From: Candidatus Scatovivens sp.
Lineage (GTDB): Bacteria > Bacillota > Clostridia > TANB77 > CAG-508
Assembly: GCA_045646345.1 (NCBI GenBank)
Contig: JAZRKN010000014.1
Span: 1-32,000, forward strand
Direction of reading: 5' to 3'
Length of the DNA: 32,000 nucleotides
The position numbers were made by a program, and so were the translations under genes. The notes beneath the pieces were generated by a model that saw nothing but the letters and a program-made list of their open reading frames with translations, searched no databases and had not been told where the DNA came from. Shown one piece after another: positions 31,654 through 32,000 of this stretch (positions are counted from its first letter, which is position 1; each line of letters begins with the position of its first letter).

Positions 31654-32000
31654 TTATATAGTTATTATTTTTCCAGGTGCATTTCTATTTGCTACACTGA
31701 TGTTTATTTTATTTATATCTGAATTATTATTCATAAGTTCTTCTGCAACAGTTTGGTATGCTAGTTCTGGAAAATTATTTTCTTTACTTAAATGTCCAAG
31801 GACTACTTGTTTTAAATCTTTTTTCATTAAAGCAGAAATTGTTTTTCCAGCTGTTTCATTTGATAAGTGACCGTGAGGTCCAGCAATTCTTTGCTTTAAA
31901 TGAAATGGATATTTTGACACTTTTAATATTTCTGGATCATAATTTGATTCAAGTAATATAAAAGAACTTTTTTCAAGTTGTTTAAAAATATCATTATTCA
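31654..32000 (-). CDS. MBL-fold metallo-hydrolase (YycJ/WalJ-like), C-terminal part; the gene continues beyond the window
   Basis: The frame stays open to the window edge: ...FILLESNYDPEILKVSKYPFHLKQRIAGPHGHLSNETAG...VLGHLSKENN. The GTG at 31920 listed in the ORF track is an internal Val codon. Confidence 0.8.
   Translation of the reverse strand, partial: NNDIFKQLEKSSFILLESNYDPEILKVSKYPFHLKQRIAGPHGHLSNETAGKTISALMKKDLKQVVLGHLSKENNFPELAYQTVAEELMNNNSDINKINISVANRNAPGKIITI

Noticed and set aside
31649-31961. Plus-strand ORFs 31649-31870 and 31758-31961.
   Set aside because: They are antisense to the MBL-fold hydrolase gene, whose frame is open to the window edge and shows family motifs.

Overview
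This is a low-GC chromosome segment (roughly 30% G+C by eye) of Firmicutes type, from the origin-proximal housekeeping neighbourhood.

Backbone genes, in order: recF (3' end), gyrB, gyrA, a YkgJ-type Cys-cluster protein, a DnaI/DnaC-like helicase loader with a DnaD-domain protein, a DUF1858 protein, a DUF2142-like membrane protein, pcrA, a COG2509-type FAD protein, an ABC-F ATPase, pit with a DUF47/PhoU-like protein, tex, and an MBL-fold hydrolase that runs off the 3' edge.

Accessory pieces sit between these genes:
- A 2.27 kb insertion splits gyrB from gyrA. It holds an HTH protein, a divergent small ORF and about 770 bp of very AT-rich non-coding DNA.
- A block of orphan genes spans about 18.6-23.9 kb.
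- Three compositionally foreign single-gene units have coding sequence near 50-57% G+C in the lines I counted. They are a SleB-like lipoprotein at 10.5 kb, a 108-aa membrane protein at 26.3 kb and a 193-aa acidic/basic protein at 31.0 kb. Each has its own near-consensus promoter, strong RBS and terminator.

The best candidate for an undescribed system is at 22.67-23.94 kb. Two tandem copies of one cassette sit there. Each copy has a consensus promoter, a structured 5' leader and a ~100-aa helical protein of no family I recognise. Each also has a bidirectional terminator shared with a convergent, separately promoted RNA of about 110 nt. The 5' end of that RNA mimics the mRNA leader, and its terminator loop carries a module-specific copy of a leader segment. 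The layout resembles type I toxin-antitoxin loci, but the proteins are not small hydrophobic toxins.

I recognised no rRNA, tRNA, CRISPR array, transposase or integrase. All functional calls come from motif recognition by eye, with no database search run. Promoter and hairpin coordinates are accurate to about 2 nt.
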